From: Fibrobacteria bacterium
Lineage (GTDB): Bacteria > Fibrobacterota > Fibrobacteria > UBA11236 > JADFYW01
DNA length: 64,000 nt
Assembly (NCBI GenBank): GCA_050294405.1
Contig: JBNKOC010000016.1
Location: 224,001 to 288,000, forward strand
Reading direction: 5' to 3'
Shown here: positions 1-10,703 of the stretch, piece by piece
Numbering within the stretch: the stretch's first letter is position 1
Layout of the letters: each line of letters starts with the position of its first letter
The notes under the pieces: model-generated
Seen by the model: only the letters and a program-made list of their open reading frames with translations
What the model was told of the DNA's origin: nothing
Database searches by the model: none
Made by a program: the position numbers and the translations under genes

Positions 1-2
1 TA

Positions 3-728
3 CAAGGTGAGGGGATAGTAGACGTTACTACCCACCTGGCGGATATGGTCCAATGGATGCTCTCTTCAGGGGAGCCCATTGAGTTTGGCAAAAATCTGGA
101 ATTGCAGGATGCCAGGCGCTGGTATACCTGTCTTTCCCAAACTAAATTTAAATCAATTACAAATGAAGATTTCCCCGATTTTTTACAAGCTTATATAAGG
201 GATAATCAATTGCTGTATTTTTGCAATGGGGAATTAAAGTACCGGCTCAATAACATTCCTGTACATATTAAAGTCATTTGGAATTTGGAGCCCCCGGTTG
301 GCGGTGGGGACACCCATTTTTCCCTCATAAGAGGAAGCTTGTCTAACTTGATAATTGAGCAAACCGGAGAAAGCTCTTTTAAACCTGAGTTTTATATTGA
401 GCCTAAACAAAACTTCTCAAGGGTTTTTGACGAAGTAAATGGGGCATTAAAAAACCAAGACCAAAGATATTCCGGGCTAAAGGCCCAAAAATCGGGGGAC
501 AGAATTCATATAAAAATTCCCGATGTATTGCGAACTACTCATGAGGAGCATTTCGCCGAAGTAAGAGATGCGTATCTGAATAATTTGAGTGAGGGAAAAA
601 TGGATTCCATTGAGTCAAACCATATTCTCTCAAAATATAAGTTATTGGCGAAAGCCAGAGAGTTGGCTTTTAACTCCGACTTTGAACCTTTACCCACATA
701 CAATTTTCAAAATATGGAGGCCATATAA
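3..728 (+). CDS. Putative oxidoreductase, C-terminal part (Gfo/Idh/MocA-related, Oxidoreduct_C-like); 5'-truncated by window edge
   Basis: Frame open from base 3 (QGEGIVDVTTHLADMVQW...); GGGDTHFS and HEEHF motifs typical of this family; next gene starts at 730. Confidence 0.6.
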   Translation, partial: QGEGIVDVTTHLADMVQWMLSSGEPIEFGKNLELQDARRWYTCLSQTKFKSITNEDFPDFLQAYIRDNQLLYFCNGELKYRLNNIPVHIKVIWNLEPPVGGGDTHFSLIRGSLSNLIIEQTGESSFKPEFYIEPKQNFSRVFDEVNGALKNQDQRYSGLKAQKSGDRIHIKIPDVLRTTHEEHFAEVRDAYLNNLSEGKMDSIESNHILSKYKLLAKARELAFNSDFEPLPTYNFQNMEAI

Positions 729-729
729 T

Positions 730-1830
730 ATGAAATCAAAAAAAGCTTTGGGATTTGGAATTGTGGGCTGCGGCATGATTGGTCATTTTCATGCCAAGGC
801 GATTACAGCTATGAAAAATGGCAATTTGCAGTGCGTCTTTGACTTAAACCCCAAATCTGCCGAAAAATTAGCTTCAGAATATGGATGTAAGTTTTATGTA
901 AATTATGCTGAATTTTTAAGGCATCCGGGTTTGGATGTGGTAACTATTGGCACGCCCAGTGGAGCCCATTTGGAACCGGCTTTGGAAGCAGCCAAAGAGA
1001 AAAAGCATATTATCTGCGAAAAACCTCTTGAGGTAAATTTGGAACGCATTGATAAAATGATACAAACATGCCGCAAAAACAAAGTGGTTCTGGCAGGAGT
1101 GCACCCAAGGAGGTTCTTTCCCTCTGTAAAAGAGTTCAAAAAGGCAGTGGACAAAGGCCGATTGGGAAAACTGGTGATGGCAGACGCCTATATTAAATGG
1201 CACAGAACCCAGGCTTATTATGACAGTGGGGGATGGAGAGGCACCTGGAAGCTGGATGGCGGCGGAGCTTTGATGAACCAGTCTATACATACTATAGACC
1301 AGTTGTATCATTTGGCTGGCGATGTAAAATCCGTTTGCGCTTTTGCAAAAAGGGCTTCTCACGAACGCATTGAAGTGGAAGATATTGCAGTGGCTATCCT
1401 GGAATTTAAAAATGGAGCTATGGGAACCATTGAAGGCAGTACCTCCTGCTATTCCAACCTGGGACATGGTGCCGAAGTTCATTTGTGCGGAACGGAAGGC
1501 TCCATTTTTATGAAAGACGACAGTTTTAAAGTTTGGGATTTCAAAAAATCCTTAAAGGCAGATAAAAATATCCTGGCTGACTACGGAGAGCAGGCCAATA
1601 AAAAAGGGGTGGGGGCAGCAGACCCTAAAGCTATTTCTTATGAAGGGCACAAAAATATTTTTGAAGATGCTGCAAGGGCTATTTTAAAGGGAGAGCAGCC
1701 AGCTATTACAGGTGAGGAGGCCCGCAAGTCGGTGGAAATTATACTGGCTATATATGAGTCGGCCTTAAAGGGTGGAAAGAAAATATCTTTGCCCCTAAAG
1801 AAGTCGCCTAAATTAAAACCTTTTAATTAA
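730..1830 (+). CDS. Gfo/Idh/MocA family NAD(P)-dependent oxidoreductase
   Basis: GIVGCGMIG Rossmann motif, CEKP, GGGALMNQSIH; ATG at 730 right after the upstream stop (the ORF-track start at 589 overlaps the upstream gene). Confidence 0.9.
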   Translation: MKSKKALGFGIVGCGMIGHFHAKAITAMKNGNLQCVFDLNPKSAEKLASEYGCKFYVNYAEFLRHPGLDVVTIGTPSGAHLEPALEAAKEKKHIICEKPLEVNLERIDKMIQTCRKNKVVLAGVHPRRFFPSVKEFKKAVDKGRLGKLVMADAYIKWHRTQAYYDSGGWRGTWKLDGGGALMNQSIHTIDQLYHLAGDVKSVCAFAKRASHERIEVEDIAVAILEFKNGAMGTIEGSTSCYSNLGHGAEVHLCGTEGSIFMKDDSFKVWDFKKSLKADKNILADYGEQANKKGVGAADPKAISYEGHKNIFEDAARAILKGEQPAITGEEARKSVEIILAIYESALKGGKKISLPLKKSPKLKPFN

Positions 1831-3230
1831 TCCAACTGCAAACCGAAATAACTTTCGGCGTTGTAGTAACATATATCCGACACCATTTTACCCACCAGCT
1901 CCATGTCATTGGGGATTTCGCCTTTTTGCATATCCTGACCTAATATGTTACATAGAATGCGCCGGAAGTATTCGTGTCTGGGGTAACTTAAAAAGCTACG
2001 GGAATCTGTTAACATGCCCACAAAACGACTGAGCAAACCTAAATTGGAAAGGGCGTTGATTTGCCATTCCATACCTTCTTTTTGATCTAAAAACCACCAG
2101 CCGGAACCAAACTGGATTTTACCGGGATAACTGCTGTCTTGAAAATTTCCAATCATAGTGGCCAGAGTGTAGTTGTCTTTGGGATTAATGTTGTATAAAA
2201 TGGTTTTGGGAAGGGCGTTTTCGCGGCAAAGGCTGTCCAGGTATTTGGATAACATTTCCGCTTGCGGGTAATCGCCGATGGAATCAAACCCGGTATCGGG
2301 ACCTGCCTTAGCTAACATAGCGCTGTTGTTGCTGCGCAAGGGCCCTAAATGCAATTGTTTTGTCCAGTTTTTTTCGGAATCCAAAAGCCCGAAAAAATAC
2401 ATCATGTAAGACGAAAATTTTTCTGTCTCTTCGGCGGTGGCATGTTTACCGGCCAGGGCGTTTGTAAATATCGCGGAAGCCTCTGATTCACTACAGGGAT
2501 GCGCATAACAGTAGGGAAGCCCATGGTCAGACAAACGGCCCCCCGCACTGTGGAAAAAATCATGGCGCTGTTTGAGGCAATCTAAAAAATCATTAAAATT
2601 CCGGATTTCCATTTGGGCCGCATTTTCAAGTCTAGCCACCCATTCCCTCCATCCGGGTAAATTTATTTTAAGGGCATTGTCCGGACGAAAGGTAGGAAAG
2701 ACTTTTGTTTTGAGCTGGCTTTTTTGAATTTCCAAATGGTAGCTAAGATCATCGACAGGATCGTCTGTTGTGCATACCGCTTTAACCTTAAAGGAGTTTA
2801 AAATTCCATGGGCGCTTAATGTATCTTCCTTTAATTTAGATTCAGCTAAATCCCAAATCTCTCTGGCATTTTGTTCATTGATTAATTTGTAATAATCAAA
2901 GTATCTGGCTAATTCCAGATGGCTCCAGTGATATAGAGGGTTTCGCAGTGCTTTTGGCATTGTATTAACAAAAGCCAAAAATTTTTCGTATGGCTCTCCA
3001 TCACCCGTGCAAAATTTTTCTTCAACCCCGTTGGAGCGCATGGCTCTCCATTTATAGTGGTCGCCCTCCAACCAAATTTCATACATATTTTGAAAACGTC
3101 TATTTTCTGCAACATCCTTGGGGGATAAGTGGCAATGGTAATCAATAATGGGCAAGCTTTCGGCGTAATCGTGGTAAAGTTTTTTCGCTTCTTCGCTGTG
3201 GAGTAAAAAGTCTGGATGGATAAAATTCAT
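1827..3230 (-). CDS. uxaC: Glucuronate (uronate) isomerase
   Basis: IIDYHCHL, GDHYKWRAMR, GWWFLDQKEGM, GMLTDSRSFLSYPRHEYFRRILC. Confidence 0.97.
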   Translation of the reverse strand: MNFIHPDFLLHSEEAKKLYHDYAESLPIIDYHCHLSPKDVAENRRFQNMYEIWLEGDHYKWRAMRSNGVEEKFCTGDGEPYEKFLAFVNTMPKALRNPLYHWSHLELARYFDYYKLINEQNAREIWDLAESKLKEDTLSAHGILNSFKVKAVCTTDDPVDDLSYHLEIQKSQLKTKVFPTFRPDNALKINLPGWREWVARLENAAQMEIRNFNDFLDCLKQRHDFFHSAGGRLSDHGLPYCYAHPCSESEASAIFTNALAGKHATAEETEKFSSYMMYFFGLLDSEKNWTKQLHLGPLRSNNSAMLAKAGPDTGFDSIGDYPQAEMLSKYLDSLCRENALPKTILYNINPKDNYTLATMIGNFQDSSYPGKIQFGSGWWFLDQKEGMEWQINALSNLGLLSRFVGMLTDSRSFLSYPRHEYFRRILCNILGQDMQKGEIPNDMELVGKMVSDICYYNAESYFGLQLD

Positions 3231-3244
3231 AAAACTCACCGATG

Positions 3245-4024
3245 TTAAATAGTAGTGGAAGAAAATCCACCGTCTACTACTAATTCAAGTCCTGTAATAA
3301 AGCCGCCCGCTTTTTGAGATGCTAATAGCAGGGCTGCTCCCCAAAGTTCCTCAGCACTTCCAAAACGCTTCATGGGAGTATGCCCCATAATGGATTCAAT
3401 GCGCGCGGGATTTAATACTTTTTTATTTTGCTCAGCGGGAAAAAAACCAGGCACCAGGGTATTTACCCTAATGTTGTGGACCGCCCATTCCCTGGCCAGA
3501 TTTTTGGACAGGTTGTGTACAGCGGCCTTGCTGGCAGAATAATTAAAAACTTTAGAAAGAGGAATTAAGCCGCTCATACTTCCAATGTTAATAATAGAGG
3601 CGGGAATTTTATTTTCTAAAAAATATTTTCCAAAAACCTGGCAGGTTTTAAAAAGAGCTTTGTAATTAATATTAAAAATATTTTCAATTTCCTCTTCAGC
3701 AACCTCCAGAAAGGGAGTGGGTGAGTTGACTCCAGCTCCATTCACGAGAATATGTATTTGAGGGGTTAACTTTAAACTTTCGGATAATAAATTCTGAAAG
3801 CAATTAGGAGAATTTAAATCCAGTGGGACGAAGTGCCCTTGTCCCCCTTGCTTTTTTATGCTATCCAGCTTTTGTTTGGCCTTTTCTTCAGATCTTCCTG
3901 CAATGATAACGGTAGCTCCAGCTAAAGCAAAAGCTTGGGCAATGGAGCCGCATAGCTCCCCGGTCCCACCAGTGATAACAGCAGTTTTGCCTTCCAATCC
4001 AAATAGTTGTTCTATAGAATTCAT
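3245..4024 (-). CDS. SDR family oxidoreductase (D-mannonate oxidoreductase/KduD-like)
   Basis: [17 protein letters not shown] catalytic motif, VDGG; in operon with uxaC. Confidence 0.85.
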   Translation of the reverse strand: MNSIEQLFGLEGKTAVITGGTGELCGSIAQAFALAGATVIIAGRSEEKAKQKLDSIKKQGGQGHFVPLDLNSPNCFQNLLSESLKLTPQIHILVNGAGVNSPTPFLEVAEEEIENIFNINYKALFKTCQVFGKYFLENKIPASIINIGSMSGLIPLSKVFNYSASKAAVHNLSKNLAREWAVHNIRVNTLVPGFFPAEQNKKVLNPARIESIMGHTPMKRFGSAEELWGAALLLASQKAGGFITGLELVVDGGFSSTTI

Positions 4025-4035
4025 AAACTTTTTTG

Positions 4036-5130
4036 TTACTGCTGGCTTTTTGAAAAAGAGCTAAGTTCCCATTTTGCTTCGTTACATTCTTCTGCAATTT
4101 CATTAAAGGCTTCAATCTCTGCCTCGGAGAATAAAAGTCCGCCTTGTTTTTCGCTTTGAGCCGCGGCTCTGGCTTCCAGTTCTCCTGGAAGAAGGCAGTT
4201 TTCATTTCCTCCGGAAAGGATGTTTTTAATTACAGCTTCAACATTTTGTATTTGATTGCGACCCTGAGCAAAACTGCTCGAGCTTAATGCCTCCGGATGG
4301 ATAACCTGGAAAAAGAAATTGGGGCTGTGCTTTTCGCCATCGTCCTTCCATATGCTTCGAAGGGTAGGCAGGGAGCCTCCAATAAAAGAGCTAACAATTT
4401 CATTGATTAAAGCCATGCTATAGCCTTTATGTCCGCCAAAAGTCATTAGGGAAACGGCTTTATCGGGATCGGTGGTCATGCTGCCATTGGCATCCAACGC
4501 TACATTTTCGGGAAGAGATTTTTTTTCCCTTTTAAATTGCTGTACCCGACCCATAGCCATAACCGAAGTGGCCCAGTCAATTACAATTGGAAAACCAATG
4601 GCCTTAGTCGTTGGAAAGCCCCAACTGTGGGGGTTTGTTCCCAAAGTAGGGTTTTTCCCCATAAAGGGCACCACTTCGGCAAGAGCTGCGGTGCAATTGG
4701 TGTATGCAATATAACCCTTTTTTGCGGTTTCCATTACATATCCACCGCCCCACAAATAGTGAAAGGCATTGTCCACAGAAACTGTTCCCACTCCGAACTC
4801 ATCGGCAAGTTCGATGCACCTTGCCATGGCCTCTTCGGCCACCGCTTGACCCAACTTTCTGTTGGCGTTCCAAACTTCACAGGCCTTAAAGCGTCCGGGA
4901 ATTTTTTCTATGCTAACATTGGGTTTACAACCTTGCGCGCCGCTTCCAAACAAATGGTCCAGATGCAGGGCTTTTATGGCATTATGGGTTCTAATCCCAT
5001 GCCAGGAGGCTTTTGCGGCGAATTCTGCTGCAATTTTAGCTTCACTTTGGGAGTAACCTCTTTTCATGTAGGCTTTTTCAACCAACTGATTGTGCCTGTC
5101 TATTGGAACGATAAAAAATGTATCTGACAT
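4036..5130 (-). CDS. Ldh_2 (type-2 malate/L-lactate/L-sulfolactate dehydrogenase family) oxidoreductase
   Basis: HGIRTH, GTNP, IDWATS, GGHKGY and PGE motifs. Confidence 0.85.
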   Translation of the reverse strand: MSDTFFIVPIDRHNQLVEKAYMKRGYSQSEAKIAAEFAAKASWHGIRTHNAIKALHLDHLFGSGAQGCKPNVSIEKIPGRFKACEVWNANRKLGQAVAEEAMARCIELADEFGVGTVSVDNAFHYLWGGGYVMETAKKGYIAYTNCTAALAEVVPFMGKNPTLGTNPHSWGFPTTKAIGFPIVIDWATSVMAMGRVQQFKREKKSLPENVALDANGSMTTDPDKAVSLMTFGGHKGYSMALINEIVSSFIGGSLPTLRSIWKDDGEKHSPNFFFQVIHPEALSSSSFAQGRNQIQNVEAVIKNILSGGNENCLLPGELEARAAAQSEKQGGLLFSEAEIEAFNEIAEECNEAKWELSSFSKSQQ

Positions 5131-6108
5131 CTAGGAAACCGCCTTAACCGGAACTTTGTTTACCTGGGCCAGGGGTTTTTTTCCCGATAAGGCCAGAATC
5201 AGGTTTTCAACCGCCATCCCGGCTTGCCTTTGTACGCTTTCATGGGTTCGGGACCCAATGTGAGGGGTTACAATGCAATTTGGGATTTTAAGTAAGGGGT
5301 GGTCAGGAGCAGGAGGCTCCTCATCTAATACATCAGTGCCATAACCTTTTATTTTTCCATCTTGAAGCGCTTTAGCCATAGCCTTTGTATCTACCAGTTC
5401 CCCTCTGGCGCAGTTGATTACAATGGCATTTTCCCGGAATAATTTTAAAGTTTCGTCCCGAATTATATGCCGGGTGGAATCTGTTAAATTAGTGTGGAGG
5501 GATATAATATCGCATTTTGAAAACAGCTCTTCTGCGGCGGAAAGCTTTTGGACTTCATATTCTGCGGCAAAAGATTCATCCCAATATACATCGTAACCCA
5601 TGCAGGGCATGCCAAAGGCCTTGGCCCGTTTTACCACTTCTTTGCCAATTCTCCCCAATCCAAGCACTCCGATGGTTTTGCCCATAATCTCATTTCCAAT
5701 CAAGCGCTTCCATTGTCCCTGACGGGTGTAATCCACCTCGGGAACTAAATTTTTAACCAGTGCTAACATCAATGCAAAGCAATGTTCTGCGACAGTTGTG
5801 TGGTTTACTCCCGGGCAAAAAGTAACGGGAATTCCCAATTCGGTGGCAGCTTCTACATCAATTTTATCTACCCCGATGCCGTATTTGCTGATTAATTTTA
5901 ACCTCGGCAAACTTTTTTCCAAAACCTTCCTGCTGATAACATCATCGCCGCATAAAAAGGCGTCAAAGTCCCCGCTCAAATTTAAAATGGCCTCTTCAGA
6001 TAATGGGCCTCTTGCTCGTACCACCTCGAAGCCCTGGCTGTCTAGTCTTTCGTGGTGGGAGCCGGGTGTGTCTTGAAATGACGTTGTTGTCAATAAAATC
6101 CTAACCAT
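5131..6108 (-). CDS. D-isomer-specific 2-hydroxyacid dehydrogenase (phosphoglycerate dehydrogenase-like, no ACT domain)
   Basis: GIGVDKID, GLGRIG, INCARGELVD, DVLDEEP, TPHIG. Confidence 0.9.
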   Translation of the reverse strand: MVRILLTTTSFQDTPGSHHERLDSQGFEVVRARGPLSEEAILNLSGDFDAFLCGDDVISRKVLEKSLPRLKLISKYGIGVDKIDVEAATELGIPVTFCPGVNHTTVAEHCFALMLALVKNLVPEVDYTRQGQWKRLIGNEIMGKTIGVLGLGRIGKEVVKRAKAFGMPCMGYDVYWDESFAAEYEVQKLSAAEELFSKCDIISLHTNLTDSTRHIIRDETLKLFRENAIVINCARGELVDTKAMAKALQDGKIKGYGTDVLDEEPPAPDHPLLKIPNCIVTPHIGSRTHESVQRQAGMAVENLILALSGKKPLAQVNKVPVKAVS

Positions 6109-6274
6109 AATAACTCCCCTATTAATGGCTAAAATATAACTGAAATTATGGGAATTGCAATTTTAAGGAACTCTCAAAGCGATAAAACCCTGCAAAAAAT
6201 ACTGTTTAAGTAATTTTTTTACCAGTATGTAAAAAGAAAATGGAACGAGAGAAAAGAAGCGCAAGGGGTTTGTT

Positions 6275-6700
6275 TTACGGAGAAAAACGAACCTGCATCA
6301 TCCCGCAGGAAGTTAAAACTTTTTTTAGCATATATTCATTAAAAGGTTTTTCAATTATGCTATGGATGTGGTCTTTGGGAATTTTTTGTACGGAGGGATC
6401 GTTGCCATTGACCGTGCATAAAATGATGGGTAGCTCCTTTAACTCAGGATTTTGTTTTACGCGGGAAACCAACTCTCCACCATTTTCCTGATGGAGGTAA
6501 AAGTCGGAAATGATGCAGCCAATGCTTGGCTCCATTTCCAGATCTAAAATGGCATCTTCAATGTTCAGAGCTGCAAATGTATTGAATCCCAATTTGCGCA
6601 AATAATATTTGCTGAGGTACACCCAGTCCATATCATCATCCACTATTAAAACACTATTACGACTTGCTAACTTCTGATTGTAAGATTTATACCAAGTCAT
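6275..6700 (-). CDS. Single-domain response regulator (REC)
   Basis: VLIVDDD, ISD phosphoacceptor, PIILCT, EKPF. Confidence 0.8.
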   Translation of the reverse strand: MTWYKSYNQKLASRNSVLIVDDDMDWVYLSKYYLRKLGFNTFAALNIEDAILDLEMEPSIGCIISDFYLHQENGGELVSRVKQNPELKELPIILCTVNGNDPSVQKIPKDHIHSIIEKPFNEYMLKKVLTSCGMMQVRFSP

Positions 6701-7046
6701 ATTCCTCCCAATGGATGCAAAACAAAAGTTGGGTACATTATAGAGTTAATTTGAATTTAAAGTCAAACACAGATTCCTGCTTTGTAATTTTTGGCTAAGG
6801 GATGTAAATAATGGCTCATCCAGTAAAAACAAGGCTGAGAGAGAAATTGCCAATTTGTCTAATTGATGTGTTTTCTCATGAGATTTGTTAATGCCAAAGT
6901 CAAATTTTAGTGACAATATTTAGGGATTCTGAATTTTTATAAGAGTACAATTGAAAAAAGCGCAATAAAAAGCTTAAGAAAAATAAATGTATTTGGAGCA
7001 AATCCCCGATTTATTTATGTTCGGGGGATAGGAATTAAAAAGAGAT

Positions 7047-8408
7047 ATGACAAAGGTTGCAATCCTTTCCAAGATATTTTTCCGTACCAGCTTTGCTGCA
7101 GGTATTATTGCCGGAGTATGGTATTGCACAAAGGGAACGGGCAAACAGGCCGCACTTCCCGAAAATAAGATCGAAGTCGTTGCTACAGCAGAAAAACCGG
7201 TAGAAATAAAAAAAGAAGATGTCTTAGTTAAAGGACAAATTCTTCCCAGGCAGGGTTTTTTTCAGGCTCTAATGGCTATGGGCCTTAACCAGGCGAAGTC
7301 CCTGGAGCTCATTAATCTGTTGAAAGACAACGTGGAACTGGATAACATTGTTGCCGGAGAAGAGCTAGAATTAAAATTAAGTGCAGACAGCAGTCGGGTT
7401 TTGTCTTTTCTTTACCATCCCAATAGCATTGTTTTCCACCGTCTTACGAGAAACGAAGGCGATAGCCTTGTGTATGCTTATGAAGAACTTCCCACCGAAA
7501 CAAAATACCGGATTGTAGAAGGAGAAATTAAAGCAGGCTCTTCCTTAAATGATATGTTGCTGGAAAAGGGGCTTCCCCAGAGCTTAACTCAGGTCGTTAA
7601 CGGTGTGTTACTGTGTAAAATTAGCTTCAGAACGGATGCCAGAGAGGGAGATCGCTTTAAAGTTCTGCTTTCCGAACGCTTTTTTGGGGAAGAACGCATT
7701 GACGGCCTGGTTCAATATGCTTCCTACGATGGTAGCAAAGTAGGATTTTTCCACGCTTATCGCTATGAAGATCCCGATCCCAAATCCTCATACAATGCCC
7801 ATTATACCCCACAGGGAGAGGCTTTGATTCATTCTGGCTTGCGCTATCCCATAGATCGATTGCATATTTCTTCAAGTTACGGTATGCGGATTCATCCCGT
7901 TACAGGTCGCAAGGCCATGCACGCCGGTGTAGACTACAGCGCCAGAACCGGAACCCCGGTTTATGCTGTGGCTAAGGGCAAGGTGGTGGAATCCACTTAT
8001 GATCAATATAGTGGTAATAAGGTGGCCATTCGGCATAACGACAATTCAATTTCCTACTATTTGCATTTGAGCAAAAGGTCTGTGAGTCGTGGGCAAACAG
8101 TGAGATCCCGGCAAATGATTGGCAAGGTGGGTGCCACGGGCCGCGTGACCGGTCCTCATTTGCATTTTGGTTTTAAAAATCATAAAGGTAGATGGATTAA
8201 CCCTCTAACAAAACGCATGATTGCCACTCCCAAACTTTCGGGAGACCGGTTGACCCGTTTGCAGGAGCAAATCCAGATTCTTGATGATGCCATGAATTCC
8301 ATGGAATTAATGCAAGCTCTGGGTTTTGATTTGCAAGGCAATCCCCTTCCCGGGCAAGAAAGGGAAAAAGTCTCCACTGTAAATGGGGAAACTAAAATCA
8401 GCGGCTAA
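7047..8408 (+). CDS. M23 family peptidoglycan DD-endopeptidase (MepM/Csd3-like)
   Basis: N-terminal membrane anchor; HAGVD (HxxxD), YLHL, TGPHLHF (HxH). Confidence 0.92.
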   Translation: MTKVAILSKIFFRTSFAAGIIAGVWYCTKGTGKQAALPENKIEVVATAEKPVEIKKEDVLVKGQILPRQGFFQALMAMGLNQAKSLELINLLKDNVELDNIVAGEELELKLSADSSRVLSFLYHPNSIVFHRLTRNEGDSLVYAYEELPTETKYRIVEGEIKAGSSLNDMLLEKGLPQSLTQVVNGVLLCKISFRTDAREGDRFKVLLSERFFGEERIDGLVQYASYDGSKVGFFHAYRYEDPDPKSSYNAHYTPQGEALIHSGLRYPIDRLHISSSYGMRIHPVTGRKAMHAGVDYSARTGTPVYAVAKGKVVESTYDQYSGNKVAIRHNDNSISYYLHLSKRSVSRGQTVRSRQMIGKVGATGRVTGPHLHFGFKNHKGRWINPLTKRMIATPKLSGDRLTRLQEQIQILDDAMNSMELMQALGFDLQGNPLPGQEREKVSTVNGETKISG

Positions 8409-8546
8409 ATTTGTTCGCTAAATTTTGCTCCTAATTGGCTAAAAAAAGTTGGGCTTTTTGAGAAAAGCCTTGAGGTCCACGTCCCTTGTCCACAATATTT
8501 AAGTGCCGCACGAGCTTTTCATTTTTTTTTGAGGTATATTAATGTT

Positions 8547-9371
8547 ATGGACAAAGCCCCCAAAATCCTGGATTATATTGAGTACAGGGCCTTTTTAAAG
8601 GATTATTTTGCTTATTTAAAGCAAACTTCTAAATCTTTTTCCTTAAGAAAATTAGCTAAGGATTTAGGCCTCTCTTCTCCCAGCTTTTTGTCCGAGGTGG
8701 TAAGCGGTAAAAAGAACCTGCCGCAAAAATTGGTCTTGAAGTTGAATAATGTTCTCAAATTATCAGACCAAAATTTCAGTTATCTGGATTTACTGGTGCA
8801 GTTTAACCAAGCTCGCAGTATGGAAGAAAAAAATTACTTCTTCCAAAAGTTGTCTAAATACAGAGGCTCCAAAGCAAAGGTGATTCACAGGGACCAATAC
8901 AAGTTTTATACAAAATGGTATTACTCTGCAGTTTGGACCTATTTCGGGATAAATCAAAAAGAGAGAAACCCTTCTAAAATTGCGGAAGAAATTTTTCCAA
9001 AAATTACGAAAAACCAGGTGGAAGCCTCCATTAACCTGCTTTTAGAATTGGGGCTTATCCATAAAACGGCAAATGGCTATGCTGCGACGCAAAAGCATAT
9101 TGTGACCGAGAATCCTTTTTCAGGAATGGTGGCCAGTACGTATAATACCGTTCTTATTGATATGGCTAAGGATAACCTAACCAAGGTTAAGGCAGATTCC
9201 CGCCAATACAATGTGTTAATGTTTTCCATTTCTCGGGAGGGATTTTCTAATATTAAGGAACGAATACGCTCTTTTCAGGAAGAGTTACGGGATATAATTG
9301 AAAGAGATTCGGGGGAGGATAGAATTTATACGCTTTGCATGCAATTGTTTCCCAACAGTAAAAAGCATTAG
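8547..9371 (+). CDS. TIGR02147/DUF4423 family protein (N-terminal HTH-like domain), putative regulator
   Basis: YRAFLKDY, FSLRKLAKDLGLSSPSFLSEVVSGKKNL, WYYSAV, C-terminal YTLCMQLFP; ATG 8547 (TTG 8529 alternative). Confidence 0.88.
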   Translation: MDKAPKILDYIEYRAFLKDYFAYLKQTSKSFSLRKLAKDLGLSSPSFLSEVVSGKKNLPQKLVLKLNNVLKLSDQNFSYLDLLVQFNQARSMEEKNYFFQKLSKYRGSKAKVIHRDQYKFYTKWYYSAVWTYFGINQKERNPSKIAEEIFPKITKNQVEASINLLLELGLIHKTANGYAATQKHIVTENPFSGMVASTYNTVLIDMAKDNLTKVKADSRQYNVLMFSISREGFSNIKERIRSFQEELRDIIERDSGEDRIYTLCMQLFPNSKKH

Positions 9372-9393
9372 GGGTTGAGTTAGGTTCCAGGCT

Positions 9394-10683
9394 ATGATTG
9401 GCTATCGCAAATTTTCGTGGGCTTTGCCATGTTCCTTGGCCATTTCATTATTATGGGCTATTCTGAGTTGTAATCCCCAAACTGCGGGCACAAGTTCGGG
9501 AACCGAAAACCCGGAAATTGTGCTGTCGTTTTCTGAAAATAACACCAGCACTTTGGCCAATGGGGAGCTCCAACTGTTTGCTTCTTCGCAAAACATTATC
9601 ATAGACCCTGAACCTTTGGCCCGTTTTGCTGTTTCCAATGACAGCGAGTTGGTTATATCCATTGATTCCATGGAAAACATTTTAGAAAGTTCCCAATTAA
9701 TTCCCCTTGAGGAGGAAAGTTTGTCTTCTAGCTTTAACTTTGTTTTTAGGGAGAACCAACGGGGAGGATTTGTTGGCGGTTTAACTTTCAGTAAAGGCAA
9801 AGGGCATATCGAGCGCAATGGCTTGACTTTGGATGTGTTGGAAATTCCTCTTAAAATGACAGACATTTATAATGGGGAACTTATTTTAAACGAACCATGG
9901 GAAGACCCAATTTTTATTTACATCCCTGGTACGGATGTTAAATCCAATGTGGAAAGCAATAATTTTGAGGTAGATGGGTTGGTGGAATTGGATTCGGCCC
10001 GCATTATGATGCGATCCGGAAAAATTTTCAAAGTCGTAGAACCTAAAATCACCGGGGACAGCTTAGTAGTGGATAATCTTAGCTATGAGGATTCCGTAGA
10101 CATTAGGGATTTGGGCTATGCTCCCACCATTAGCCGGTTTACTATGCTACAGGACACAGTTACAGCGCCTGTGGTATTAAACAGCCCATGTGAATTAGTG
10201 GATTATCCCAAGTACCTATTGGATTATATACCCACTGAAAGGATAGACCCACAGCGTCCGGGTAGTTTTTCCGATACGGGAACTGTGACCTGGGATGCCA
10301 TATTGTGGAAACTGGATATTCGAGGGTACGATTTCTTTTTGGATTTTAGTTCTAGCGATGGGGGAATGCCCATACGGGTTTTTTATGAATTTGTGCCTCC
10401 GCAACCCATATGCAGAATTACCCAATTTGCAGAGAACGTTATAATGGATTCTGCGTATGTTATTCATCCCCAAAGTTTTGAAAATCTGGGGAAAATTAAT
10501 TTTACCGGGCTTGTTATTGATACATTGCGTAGCAGCTTTTATTCTGTTGAGGATACCACCAGTTTGCCCGGAAGGATTTCTTCTCCGCCAGCCAATTGGC
10601 CTCCGCCCTTTGCTACTAAAATGGAAACCTGGGATTGGGTGGAAGGAGATTCTATCCGCTCCGATACGCTCTATTTTCCCTAA
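9394..10683 (+). CDS. Hypothetical lipoprotein partner of TIGR02147 gene
   Basis: Lipobox ILS-C followed by AGTSSGTEN linker; 22 bp after TIGR02147 stop. Confidence 0.75.
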   Translation: MIGYRKFSWALPCSLAISLLWAILSCNPQTAGTSSGTENPEIVLSFSENNTSTLANGELQLFASSQNIIIDPEPLARFAVSNDSELVISIDSMENILESSQLIPLEEESLSSSFNFVFRENQRGGFVGGLTFSKGKGHIERNGLTLDVLEIPLKMTDIYNGELILNEPWEDPIFIYIPGTDVKSNVESNNFEVDGLVELDSARIMMRSGKIFKVVEPKITGDSLVVDNLSYEDSVDIRDLGYAPTISRFTMLQDTVTAPVVLNSPCELVDYPKYLLDYIPTERIDPQRPGSFSDTGTVTWDAILWKLDIRGYDFFLDFSSSDGGMPIRVFYEFVPPQPICRITQFAENVIMDSAYVIHPQSFENLGKINFTGLVIDTLRSSFYSVEDTTSLPGRISSPPANWPPPFATKMETWDWVEGDSIRSDTLYFP

Positions 10684-10703
10684 AGACCTCAGGTTTTGAT
10701 TTT

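Noticed and set aside
589..729. N-terminal extension of the Gfo/Idh/MocA ORF
   Set aside because: Overlaps the upstream CDS; the Rossmann fold starts right after ATG 730
8487..8494. DnaA-box/oriC signal (TGTCCACA)
   Set aside because: Single imperfect box, with no cluster and no dnaA context
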